Below are positions 36,363 to 48,769 of a stretch of 64,000 nucleotides of DNA, one piece after another (positions within the stretch are counted from its first letter, which is position 1; each line of letters opens with the position of its first letter). Both the position numbers and the translations under genes were made by a program. Location of the stretch: the NCBI GenBank assembly GCA_038087875.1, contig CM075999.1, positions 2,172,001 to 2,236,000 on the forward strand, in the 5' to 3' direction. This DNA comes from Malacoraja senta (Eukaryota). The notes beneath the pieces are model-generated. The model was given only the letters and a program-made list of their open reading frames with translations, made no database searches and was not told the origin of the DNA.

Positions 36363-38454
36363 TAGAAATAGCTGCAGGTACTTGTGGAACTCAGAGCAAG
36401 TCATGTCATGTCACAGGGGTTTCAGGGACTGCTGAGCCCTTGGCTTCACTGGACATTGCTCACCCTGACACTGCTGTACAACCCAGAGTGTGAAGTCGTA
36501 CGGGGCATGGGCATGTTGGGCTGTTCTGCCTGATGATAATCTAGTCATTAAAAAAAAAATACAGGTAGACATAATTGCTGGAGAAACTCAGCGGGTGAGG
36601 CAGCATCTATGGAGCGAAGGAAATAGGCCGAAACCCTTCTTCAGACTGAAACGTTGCCTATTTCCTTCGCTCCATAGATACTGCCGCACCCGCTGAGTTT
36701 CTCCTGCAATTTTGTCTACCTTCGATTTTCCAGCATCTACAGTTCCTTCTTGAACAAAAACAATACACAAAGTGCTGGAGTACCTCAGTGGGTCAGGCAG
36801 CATTGCTGAAGAAGGCCCCCGACCTGAAACGTCACCTATCCGTGTTCTCCAGAGTTGCTGCCTGACCCGCTGAGTTACTCCAGCACTTTTTTTGTTGTAA
36901 AGCACCACTTGCAGTTTCTTGTAGCTTCACAATACTAGTCACTCTGCGTTTGCAAATGTAGCATTATACGTTAAAAGATACATTATAAATATAGCATAAA
37001 AAATGCAATTGTATTATCAAGATGGTAAAATCTACTGGTACTTTGGACAAGGCTCCTGTCTCTGCTCTTTATCATACAGCATGGAAACCGGCCCTTCAGC
37101 CCAACTTGCTCATGCTGACCAACATGCCACATCTACACTACCCCCGCCTGCTTGTGTTTGGCCCATCTCTCTCTAAACTTTTCAAATCCATGTACCTGTC
37201 TGTCTGATCAGTCCGAAGAAGGGTCTCGACCCGAAACGTCACCCATTCCTTCTCCCCAGAGATGCTGCCTGTCCCGCTGAGTTACTCCAGCATTTTGTGT
37301 CCACCTATCTAAATACCTGCCTCCACTTCCTCCTCAGGCAGATCGTACCATACACCCACCAGCCTTTGTGTAAAAAAGTGAGTTAGAGTTGCTGCCTCAC
37401 ACCACCAGAGACCCGGGTTCGATCCTGACTACGGGAGCTGTCTGCACGGAGTTTGTACATTCTCCCTGTGACCGCGTGGGTTTTCTCCGGGTGCTCCGGT
37501 TTCCTCCCACACTCCAGAGATGTACAGGTTTGCAGGCTAATTGGCCCCATGTAAATGGTCCCTAGAGCCTAGCTTGGAGCTAGTGTACGGGTGATTGTGG
37601 GCCAAAGGGCCTGTTTCCACGCTGTATCTCTAAACTTAATTAAGCTAAACTAACGCACGACCAGAATGTAGAAATTAGCTTGGAATATTTTTACCAGCGT
37701 TGCCAAAAGTGGAGAACCATCAAAGGCAGTTGTCACGCTTTTCCATGTTTAATGCCCTCTTTATAATAATCGAGTAGCCTGTACAAGCGGAGGAAATGCA
37801 GATAATGAAATGTATTATCATCAGGGCCCGTGCTCCCAAACATCCAAGCCATTCGTTTTTTTTAAGCGTGCAATATGTACAAATGTTAAGTGTCTCCACA
37901 AGAGAAAAATGTATTCTCTCTTTTGAAAGTCAGCAAAGTTGTGCACTTACACTAACTATATTACAACTCAGATGGGCATTTTTATACATTGAGATGGCAG
38001 CAGCCAGGGTTTATAAGCCCTCTGAGAGTCATTTCCATTCGCCCGCTGGTGAATATTGATCGACGGTAGTTGGAAGATTAGAAAATATTTCAATAAATGA
38101 CTGTAAGTGGTTTAATGTGCTCATGTGGATTCTCCATCTCCTTTGTTCATTCCCCTTCTTTCTTTTAATTCTCTTGATAGATCGGCGTCTAACAAATTAA
38201 TGTCGAGGTTTAATTTTGGATAGTGGAAGCTTTGGAATTTGCCAATAAAATGGCTCTGATGTTTACAACTGATCCGCAACCAGAGCACAGATTTCTGAAT
38301 CGGTCCGGAGAAGGGTCTCGACCTGAAACGTCACTCATTCCTTCTCCCCAGAGATGCTGCCTGTCCCGCTGAGTTACTCCAGCTTTTTGTGTCTAGCTGC
38401 ACAGATTTCCCCTGTGAGTCCTATGTGGTAGGAAGGAACTGCAGATGCTGGTTG

Positions 38455-39245
38455 ATACTGGTCTCCTAATTTGAGGAAGGACATCCTTGTGATTGAGGTA
38501 GTGTAGCGTAGGTTCACGAGATTGATCCCTGGGATGGCGGGACTGTCATATGAGGAAAGATTGAAAAGACTAGGCTTGTATTCACTGGAGTTTAGAAGGA
38601 TGAGGGGGGATCTTATAGAAACAGAGAGTGGTGAATCTCTGGAACTCTCTGCCACAGAGGGTAGTTGAGGCCAGTTCATTGGCTATATTTAAGAGGGAGT
38701 TAGATGTGGCCCTTGTGGCTAAAGGGATCAGGGGGTATGGAGAGAAGGCAGGTACGGGATACTGAGTTGGATGATCAGCGATGATCATATTGAATGGCGG
38801 TGCAGGCTCGAAGGGCCGAATGGCCTACTCCTGCACCTATTTTCTATGTATCTATGTAAACATATAAAATTATAAAAGGACTGGACAAGCTAGATGCAGG
38901 AAAAATGTTCCCAATGTTGGGCGAGTCCAGAACCAGGGGCCACAGTCTTAGAATAAAGGGAAGGTCATTTAAGACTGAGGTGAGAAAAAACGTTTTCGCC
39001 CAGAGAGTTGTGAATCTATGGAATTCCCTGCCACAGAGGGCAGTGGAGGCCAAGTCACTGGATGGATTTAAGAGAGAGTTAGATAGAGCTCTAGGGGCTA
39101 GTGGTGTCAAGGAATATGGGGAGAAGGCAGGCATGGGTTATTGATAGGGGACGATCAGCCATGATCACAATGAATGGTGGTGCTGGCTCGAAGGGCCGAA
39201 TGGCCTCCTCCTGCACCTAGTTTCTATGTCTATGTTTCTATGATT
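38455..39245 (+). mobile_element. Two tandem CR1 3' fragments
   Basis: Two ORF2 ends (38455-38855 with internal deletion; 38858-39245), each ending GGCCGAATGGCCT.CTCCTGCACCTA. Confidence 0.88.
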
Positions 39246-39626
39246 GAGTGGCGGTGTAGATTTGAAGGGCCAAATGGCCTAATTCTGCTCCTATCATTTA
39301 TGAAACGTCACCTATTCCATTTCTCCAGAGATGCTGCCTGACCCACTGAGTTTCCCCAGCATTGTGTGTCTATCTTCAGTGTAAACCAGTATCTGCAGTT
39401 CCTTCCTACACATGCTATTAACTAAACGGTTGCATTTGAGTTTGGCTTGATAATATTCATGTATAGTAGGTCTGGATAGCACACAAAACAAAGGCCTTTC
39501 TCTGAACCAAACTAATAAATACGATCAGATAAACCTCCCAAAGCCTTGCTTTCCTTCTCTCTCCATCCCTCTACCATCCCAGTTCTCCAACCATTTTGAC
39601 TGTCCTCCTGATTAAATTTTATCACT

Positions 39627-40357
39627 GTTTAAGAAGGAACAGCAGATGCTGGAAAATCGAAGGTAGACAAAAATGCTGGAGAAACTCAGCGGGTGCAGCA
39701 GCATAGATACATAGATACATAGAAAATAGGTGCAGGAGTAGGCCATTCGGCCCTTCGAGCCTGCACCGCCATTCAATATGATCATGGCTGATCATCCAAC
39801 TCAGTATCCCGTACCTGCCTTCTCTCCATACCCCCTGATCCCCTTAGCCACAAGGGCCACATCTAACTCCCTCTTAAATATAGCCAATGAACTGGCCTCA
39901 ACTACCCTCTGTGGCAGAGAGTTCCAGAGATTCACCACTCTCTGTGTGAAAAAGTTTTTCCTCATCTCGGTCTTAAAGGATTTCCCCCTTATCCTTAAGC
40001 TGTGACCCCTTGTCCTGGACTTCCCCAACATCGGGAACAATCTTCCTGCATCTAGCCTGTCCAACCCCATAAGAATTTTGTACGTTTCTATAAGATCCCC
40101 TCTCAATCTCCTAAATTCTAGCGAGTATAAGCCAAGTCTATCCAGTCTTTCTTCATATGAAATCTATGGAGCGAAGGAAATAGGCAACGTTGCCTATTTC
40201 CTTCGCTCCATGCAAAGAGTTGAACAATCTCCACTATAGGAAATAGGCAACGTTTCGGGCCGAAACCCGTAGGGTTTCGTCCCGAAACGTTGCCTATTTC
40301 CTTCGCTCCATAGATGCTGCTGCACCCGCTGAGTTTCTCCAGTACTTTTGTCTACCT
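39627..40357. mobile_element. Fold-back Penelope-derived insertion (subfamily B; tail on left) interrupted by a CR1
   Basis: Same core as 18740-19010; flanks TAAATTTTATCACTGT / TAAATGTTATCTCTGT. Confidence 0.8.
39705..40161 (-). mobile_element. CR1 LINE 3' end nested in fold-back element
   Basis: ORF 39801-40106: RGDLIETYKILMGLDRLDAGRLFPMLGKSRTRGHSL; splits CAGCAT|CTATGG. Confidence 0.9.
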
Positions 40358-41593
40358 TAAATGTTATCTCTGTATGCTTCGTCGTCACCTACCCCGAGCT
40401 AACAATGATCTATTGTACATTTTCCTTGATCTACGTCCCCTTTGATGTTTCGTTTTCACACCTTCCCCTTCCTTATCTCTCCCTCTCTCTCTGTCTCCCT
40501 CTCCCCTGACTCTCAGTCTGAAGAAGGGTCTCGACCCGAAACGTCTCCCGTTCCTTCGCTCCAGAGATGCTGCCTGTCCCGCTGAGCATTTTGTGTCTAC
40601 CTTCGGAACAAACCAGCATCTGCAGTCCCTCCTTGCACAGTCCTCCCAATTTCCCAGTTTAGGTTAAACATTGCAGCAGCGATTGGCAGTGTATTACATT
40701 GCCTGACATTGCAGTAAGATTTGCTAAACAATGTTATGGATTTGTTATTGATTGAAAGCTTTCTGTTTCACGTTTAATTAAAAGCGATATTGGCGTTCAT
40801 GAAAATTCTCAACAGGTTTGCCGCATTTATTGCGGGAGCTGGAAAGACAAGCTATGAAGCCGTCAGCTACTTTCTAGATAAGTGGGATGAACATGGTATT
40901 TCAACAATCAATTAGATGCAGGTACCGGGTAGAATTTTGGCTGCGTAGAAACAAAGAACTGCGGATGCTGGTTAATACACAAAACGTCACGGTGGCGCAG
41001 CGGTAGAGCTGCTGCCTTACCGCGCCAGAGACACGTGTTCGACCCCGACCTCGGGTTCCGCCTGTACGGAGTTTGTACGTTCGCCCCGTGACCTGCGTGG
41101 GTTTTTCACCGGGATCTTCGGTTTCCTCCCACACTCCAAAGGTTAATTAGCTTGGTAAAAAATGTAAATTGTCCCCAGTGTGTGTAGGATGGCGTCAATG
41201 TGCGGGGATCGCTGGTCGGCGCGGACTCGGTGGGCCGAAGGGACTGTTTCTCCGCCGTATCTCTAAACTAGAACTAGACATAAAGTGCTGGAGTAACTCA
41301 GCAGATCGGGTAGCGACTCTGGAGAACGTGGACCGGTTAACGTTTCTGGTCAGGACCTCTTCTTTGGGCCAGGACTCCAGGCTCTTCGGAAATTTTGAGA
41401 ACTGTGATGGTCTTTGGGCCGTTCATATCATTGGAATTAATTTTAGTGTAGTTTAGAGATACAGCGCGGAAACAGGCCCTTCGGCCCCACCGAGTCCGCG
41501 CCGACCAACAGGCACCCCCCCGTACACTAGTTCTATCCTACGCACTCTGGGAAATGTAGAATTTTTACCAAAGCCAATTAGCCTGCAAACCTG

Positions 41594-41841
41594 AGGTAGA
41601 CAAAAGTGCTGGAGAAACTCAGCGGGTGCAGCAGCATCTATGGAGCGAAGGAAATAGGCAACGTTTCGGCCCGAAACCCTTCAGGATGGAAATAGGCAAT
41701 GTTTCGGGCCGAAACCCGGAAGGGTTTCGGCCCGAAACGTTGCCTATTTCCTTCGCTCCATAGATGCTGCTGCACCCGCTGAGTTTCTCCAGCACTTTTG
41801 TCTACCTTCGATTTTCCAGCATCTGCAGTTCCTTCTTAAAC
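41594..41841. mobile_element. Fold-back Penelope-derived insertion (subfamily A; tail on right) inside an HE1 SINE
   Basis: Perfect 14-bp TSD AGCCTGCAAACCTG at 41580-41593 and 41842-41855; same core as 8459-8709. Confidence 0.88.
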
Positions 41842-42109
41842 AGCCTGCAAACCTGCACGTCTTTGGAGTGCGGGAGGAAACCGGAGCACTGGGAGAAAAC
41901 CCACGCAGTTATAGGGAGAACGTACAAACTCCACACAGACAGCACCCGAAGTCAGGTTTGAACCCGGTTCTCACACTCAATTCCCAGAGTCATGTTGCGT
42001 GCTACATCTTAATGTACATTAATATAGCATCAGTTCTACAAAGGATGCTGGGACTAGTGTAGATGGAGCGTGTTGGTGGGTGTGGTCAAGGTGCCTGTTT
42101 CTATGCTGT

Positions 42110-43005
42110 ATTCAATTCAATTCAATTCAATTCAGTCTTCAATTATCATTGGGCAGTGTACAGTACAGAGACAAAGAAATGCAGTTAGCATCTCACCCAG
42201 AAGAGCAAACTTAGGAATAATGAGCAGTAAAATATATATATGTACAAACAGTATCAGTAGTGCAATTTTTCTTGGGGAAGGAGTGTCCGGGTGGGGGGTG
42301 ACTGGCAATCACCGAGGTGCAGAGTTCAGTAGTGTAACAGCCGCAGGGAAGAAGCAGTTCCTGAACCTGCTGGTCCGGCAACGGAGAGACCTGTAGCGCC
42401 TCCCGGATGGGAGGAGGGTAAACAGTCTGTGGCTGGGGTGAGAGCAGTCCTTGACGATGCTACGCGCCCTTCGCAGACATCGCTTGCTTTGGACAGACTC
42501 AATGGTGGGGAGTGAGGAACCGGTGATGCGTTGGGCAGTTTTCACCAACCTCTGCAGTGCTTTCCGGTCGGAGACAGAGCAGTTGCCATACCATACTGTG
42601 ATGCAGTTGGTAAGGATGCTCTCGATGGTGCAGCGGTAGAAGTTCACCAGAATCTGAGGAGACAGATGGACCTTCTTTAGTCTCCTCAGGAAGAGGAGAT
42701 GCTGGTGAGCCTTCTTGACCAGTGTTGAGGTATTGTGGGTCCAAGAGAGGTCATCAAGGATGTTGACCCCCAGAAACCTGAAGCTGGAAACACGCTCCAC
42801 CTCCGTCCCGTTAATGTGGATGGGGGTGTGCGTGCAGCCCCTAGACCTCCTGTAGTCCATAATGAGCTCCTTGGTCTTCTTGGAGTTAAGGGCCAGGTTG
42901 TTGTCAGCGCACCATGCTGCTAGGAGCTGAACCTCCTCCCTATAGGCCGACTCATCGTTGTCGCTGATGAGGCCAATCACCGTTGTATCATCTGCATACT
43001 TGATG
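42110..43005 (-). mobile_element. Rex1/Babar-clade LINE, 5'-truncated, open RT C-terminus
   Basis: VIKYADDTTVIGLISDNDESAYREEV…LNSKKTKELIMDY…FRFLGV…KKAHQHLLFLRRL…FYRCTIESILTNCITVWYGN…LPSGRRYRSL; (TGAAT)n tail. Confidence 0.92.
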
Positions 43006-43265
43006 ACTCGATGACTCTTCCCATCACCTTGCCAACCAAGGTGATCACCATTCACTGCCATCTCAGCGTTAAGTCGTGTTGCCATAAGTCGTGTTGTCGT
43101 GTTGCAGAGAAAATAACCAATCTCAAGCACTGTCCAGAAACAGGTCAATAACTCTCAAGAAAGATTAACTGTATTATAGCTCCTGTCACCAGGAAGAGGG
43201 TGGTGAATCTGTGGAACTCATTGCCACAGGTGGCTGTGGAGGCCAAGCCAATGGATATTTTTAAG

Positions 43266-43510
43266 TAAGTAAGTAAGTTTATTGGCCAAGTATTCACATA
43301 CAAGGAATTTGCCTTGGTGCTCCGCCCACAAGTAACATCGTGACATACAGTGACAGTTACGAATGACTCAGAAAACACTAAACATTAATAATAATAAAAC
43401 ATTAATGATAAAAACACCATTGATCAAGCATGTGAACCAACAAAATACCAGATCAAAGGGAGGCTACAGATTGTTGGCTGTTGAGTAGAGCAACTACTCG
43501 TGGGTACAAA
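43266..43510 (-). mobile_element. Rex1-clade 3' UTR stub with (TTAC)n tail, nested in a CR1 fragment (43194-43680)
   Basis: Near-identical to 44811-45050; TTTTTAAG repeated at both junctions. Confidence 0.78.
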
Positions 43511-43746
43511 CTTTTTAAGGCGGAGATTGACAGGTTGTTGATTAGCACGGGTGTCAGGGGTTATGGGGAGAAGGCAGGGGGATGGGGTTGAGAGGGAAAG
43601 ATAGATCAGCCATGATTGAATGGTGGAGTAGACTTGATGGGCCGAATGGCCTTATTCTGCCCCTAGAATTTATGAATTGATCTAACCCAGCACTGTAAGG
43701 TGTGCTTCATTCCCACTCCAAAGCGTTCAGTTCCTTGACTGAATAA

Positions 43747-43946
43747 NNNNNNNNNNNNNNNNNNNNNNNNNNNNNNNNNNNNNNNNNNNNNNNNNNNNNN
43801 NNNNNNNNNNNNNNNNNNNNNNNNNNNNNNNNNNNNNNNNNNNNNNNNNNNNNNNNNNNNNNNNNNNNNNNNNNNNNNNNNNNNNNNNNNNNNNNNNNNN
43901 NNNNNNNNNNNNNNNNNNNNNNNNNNNNNNNNNNNNNNNNNNNNNN
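43747..43946. other. Assembly gap, 200 N
   Basis: Run of exactly 200 N, typical of a fixed-size scaffolding gap. Confidence 0.98.
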
Positions 43947-44810
43947 CTGGCCTGAGATAAGGCGGCCTGAACTGAAGTCTGTGATTGGTGCCTTGAGACT
44001 AATACTCGATATGCGTCATTTCTGATGGGAACCTGACGTCTTGGCTTTAACCTGATTGTTTGCCCTTCCCGTGCCGTGGGTAGATTGCTACGGCTTGGTG
44101 TAGAAAAACGTTAAAGTATACTTCCTTGCCCAAAGCGGCTCTGTTCCATTGCCTTGCCCAGTCACTCAACAAAGAGTCGAGGGTATTTTCCGAAGAAGGG
44201 TCTCGACCGAATCGTCACCCGTTCCTTCTCTCCAGAGATGCTGCCTGTCCCGCCGGGTTACTCCAGCATTTTGTGTCTATCTCCGGTGTAAAACCAGCAT
44301 CTGCAGTTCCTTCCTACACCGTCGGCACGGGGGGGGGGTGGGTGCAGTGGTAGAGTCGCTGCCTTAGAGCGCCAGAGACCCGGGTTTCGATCCCAACTGC
44401 GGGTGCTTGCCTGTACGGAGTTTGCACGTTCTCCCCGTGACCTGCGTGGGTTTTCTCCGGGTTAATCCCACACTCCAAAAGACGTACAGGTTTGTAGGTT
44501 AATTGGCCTGGTAAAATTGTAAATTGTCCCTAGTGTGTGTAGGATAGTGTTCGTGTGCGGGGATCGCTGGTCGGCGCCTGTGTCCGCGCTGTATCTCTAA
44601 ACTGACCAAAACAGTCAGGAGTGTTTAATGGTCATAAGATCCAACAATGAACCAATCAGATTCTTACTTACAGCAGCGTACTAGGTGTGTAAACACGACA
44701 CTCATAGAGAACATATAATAAAGAAAAAAATAATAATTAGTTAATAACCCCAATACTAGTGCAAGAAAGCCCAAAGTGTAACCAGAGACAGGCTATCATT
44801 TAGTGCATAG

Positions 44811-45178
44811 TTAAGTAAGTAAGTAAGTTTATTGGCCAAGTATTCACATACAAGGAATTTGCCTGGTGCTCCGCCCACAAGTAACAACGTGACATACAGT
44901 GATAGTTACGAATGACTCAGAAAACACTAAACATTAATAATAATAAAACATTAATGATAAAATGATCAAGCATGTGAACCAACAAAATACCAGATCAAAG
45001 GGAGGCTACAGATTTTTGGCTGTTGAGTAGAGCAACTACTCGTGGATAAAACTGTTTTTTATGTCTGGCTGTGGCAGCTTTGACAGTCCGGAGTCGCCTT
45101 CCAGAGGGAAGTGATTCAAAGAGTTTGTGACCAGGGTGAGAGGGGTCAGAGATGATCTTGCCCGCTCGCTTCCTGGCT
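44811..45178 (-). mobile_element. Rex1-clade 3' end, third subfamily
   Basis: Minus strand reads RAGKIISDPSHPGHKLFESLPSGRRLRTVKAATARH; tail CAAATTCCTTGTATGTGAATACTTGGCCAATAAAC(TTAC)n. Confidence 0.85.
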
Positions 45179-48100
45179 TAATGTTTTGTAGTATTCAAGA
45201 GCATGAGGGTGGCTAGGAAAAAGGTATTGTTGAACCTGGTGGTCATGGCTTTCGACACCTACGACTCTATTTCCGAAGTAAAGTCCCGACCAGAAGCCTG
45301 CATGTCTTTGGATGTGCTAAGGAAACCAGAGCACCCCGGAGAAAACCCACTTGAAGAACCACACTGAGAACGTGCAAACTCCACACGGACAGCCCCCGAG
45401 GTTGGATTGAACCCGGGTCTCTGCTGCTGTGAGGCAGCAACTCCACCAGCTGCGCCACTGTGATGTCCTTACTTCCCAGGCCGCCCAGTGCATCACGTGG
45501 AAGATGTTACACACAGGAATAGATCGGGTAGACGCACAGAGAATCTTGCCCCGAGTGGGGGAATCGAGAACCAGAGAGGGCTAAAAGGTTCAAGGTGAGG
45601 GGGGAAAGATTTTATAGGAATCTGAGGGGTAACTTTTCATGCAAAGGGCGGTGGGTGGGTAGAAGGTACAGGAGCCTGAAGACTGCAACGTCCAGGTTCA
45701 GAAATAGCTACTTCCCCACAGCCATCAGGCTATTAAACTCAACTGACACAAATCTCTGAACATTAATAGACCATTATCTGTTTATTTGCACTTTATCTGC
45801 TTATTATTGATGTGTGTATATATTTATATAATGGTATATGGACTCACTGATATGATATGTTCTGTATTCGTGTCTACTGTATTCCGTTGTGCTGATGCAA
45901 AGCAAGAATTTCATTGTCCTATCTGGGACATATGACAATAAACTGTGTGGAACGAACTGCCGGAGGAGGTAGTTGAGGCAGGGACTATCGCGACGTTTAA
46001 GAAACATTTAGCATGGATAGCACAGGTTTGGAGGGATATGGGCCAAATGTAGGTGAGTGGGACTAGTGTAGATGGGGCATGTTGGTCGGCGTGGGCAAGT
46101 TGGGCTGAAGGGCCTGTTTCCATGCTGTATCACTCTATCACTCTATGTATCATGCTGTTCTCCATATTGCCGTAAAAATTTATAGTTTATCCTTCTTTTA
46201 CGGAATATCATGATACATCAACAGTCGGTTAAAACCCGCTTGTTAACAAAAGCTGAAATAAATGTCTTGGCTCAGCAAGTGTAATGTATTTTGACATCTG
46301 CAGCGGGAGATAGAAGGGCTGGAACCAGCGCTTTGTGTAATAAAAAGAAAATCAATTAGTGGAGAGAGTGATGAAGGAGCAGCTACCATTGACGGGCTGA
46401 TGGGCTGAGGGTGAAATCAATAAGCAATGAAAATATGTTTTGTTTTCTAAGAAGTGCAATTGTTTAGAAGCTTTCCCGAAGAGCAGCTGTTGCAAAGTTG
46501 TGATATCTGTAATCTCAGCGAAAAGCTGCTGATGATTGTGTTCTGGAGTTGGGGAGAATTGAGAGCGGGGCGTGTAGGAAGGAGCGTAGAATGCTGATCA
46601 GAAATCCTCTCAAAGTGCCTCTTTTTTTTAAAAACGTTTCATAGAATTAAATGCAAGTCGTTCCTCTCCTAATGGGCAGAGAAAAACACTGGATTCTTGG
46701 CATCAAAATCTGCCTCATTCATTGTCGACTTTTCTTGGCCCTTACAGCACAGGATAAGCAGAGGAAATTGAATTTCATTGTGTTGCTTGCTGGTTTTGTA
46801 CGCTCTCATCTCCACTGGAAGCGGTGGGAAAAAAATACTGAAGGTGAAATCCAGATCCCAGCCATGTTTAGGTTCAGGTTTTGTGATTGTCACGTGTTCC
46901 AAGGTACAGCGTACAGCTTTGTTGTGCTTGCCACCCAAACAGATCTGATAAGAAGGTCATAAGTGATAGGAGCAGAATTAGGCCATTCGGCCCATCAAGT
47001 CTACTCCACTGTTCAATCATGGCTGATCTATCTCTCCCTCCTAACCCCATTCTCCTGCCTTCTCCCAATAACCTCTGACATCCGTACTAATCAAGAATCT
47101 ATCTATCTCCGCCGTGCGGTCGATGAGAGTGCGAGGGGGGGGGGGCGCCGTGAGGGGGGGGGGAGGGGAAGAAACGATGGCCAATGGGGTCCCGGTGTGG
47201 GAGGACAGCCGTGAGGGGGAGGGAGGGGGAGAGAACAAAGGAGAAGATAGGTAGACGAAAAATGCTGGAGAAACTCAGCGGGTGAGGCAGCATCTACCGA
47301 GAGAAGGAATTGCCGACACTTTGGCAGGTTCTCGACCCGAAACGTCGCCAATTCCTTCGCTCCATAGATGCTGCCTCACCCGCTGAGTTTCTCCAGCATT
47401 TTTTGTCCACCTTTGATTTTTCCAGCATCTGCAGTTCTATCTTAAACAAAGGAGGAGCCGGCGTACTTTGTAACTTTGTCAGCGCCATAGATGGCCGCTA
47501 TTTGTCTACCTCGTGCATGCGAGCAAAGTGCTTCACTGTGCCTTGTCACATGTGGCAATTGGTTTTCCATTCCATTAAAGATATCAATTGACTTGGCCTC
47601 CACAGCCTTCTGTGGCATTACAGAGAAACAAAGAACTGCAGGTGCTGGTTAATACACTAAAAGACAGAACCAGTCCAGAACCAGGGGCCACAGTTTAAGA
47701 ATAAGGAGTAAGCCATTTAGAACGGAGACGAGGAAACACTTTTTCTCACCGAGAACGGTGAGTCTGTGGCATTCTCTGCCTCAGAGGGCGGTGGAGGCCG
47801 GTTCTCTGGATGCTTTCAAGAGAGAGCTAGATTGGGCTCTTAAAGATAGCGGAATCAGGGGATATGGGAGAAGGCAGGAACGGGGTACTGATTGGGGATG
47901 ATCAGCCATGATCTCATTGAATGGCGGTGCTGGCTTCAAGGGTCGAATGGCCTACTCCTGCACCTATTGTCTATTGTCTATTGACACAAAGTGCTGGTGT
48001 AACTCAGCGGGTCGGGCAGCATCTCTGGAGAGCAAGGAGAGGTGATGTTTCGATCGAGACCCTTCTACAGATTGATTGTGGGGTGGGGGGGTGGGGGGTG

Positions 48101-48769
48101 GGGTGGGGGGGTGGGGGGTGAAAGCTGGAAAAGGAGGCAGGAGATAATAGGTCGTCAGGCAGGGAGTGGAAGGATATGGGTTATGTGCAGGTAGATAGAG
48201 GTCAGTACGGGTGTCAGAGGTTATGGGGAGAAAACAGGAGAATGGGGTTAGGAGGAGGAGATACAGCAACCATGATTAAATGGTGGAGTAGACTTGATGG
48301 GCTGAATGGCCTAATTCTACTATCCCTTATGACCTTATAAATGATGGTCTTGGCATCATGTTTGGCACGGACATTGTGGGCTGGAGTTCCGGTTCCCCCC
48401 CCCCCCCCCCCCCCCAACACTTATAGAAGTACAGGTTCAAAGGTTGATTTGGCTTTGATAAAACAAATATTTGTAAATTGCCCCTAGAGAGCAGCACAGT
48501 GCTGGTGTATGGGGTCAGCACGGACTCGGTGGCCAAAGGGCCTGTTTCCCTGCTGTATCTCTAAACTAAAGGCTTCAAGGGGTAGAGATGGGATGATGAG
48601 GCAGAAAGGGGTGGTGGTTACTGTACGTCAATATAGTCAAGTAAATACAATAGGCGGGGCTTTGAGGTAGATAGAGTGTGCAGAATAAAGTTCTCAGCAT
48701 TGCACCACATCTGCCTGTGATAGTGGACGCTTGCCGCACATTCTGCTGGACTTGTTTCTTTGCTTTTCA

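Noticed and set aside
42309..43148. 279-aa ORF as a host or domesticated gene
   Set aside because: It is a 5'-truncated Rex1 RT fragment; the N-terminal ~47 aa are chance read-through from flanking DNA.
43262..45178. False duplication across the assembly gap
   Set aside because: The two similar segments are separate Rex1-tail insertions with different lengths and unrelated flanks.
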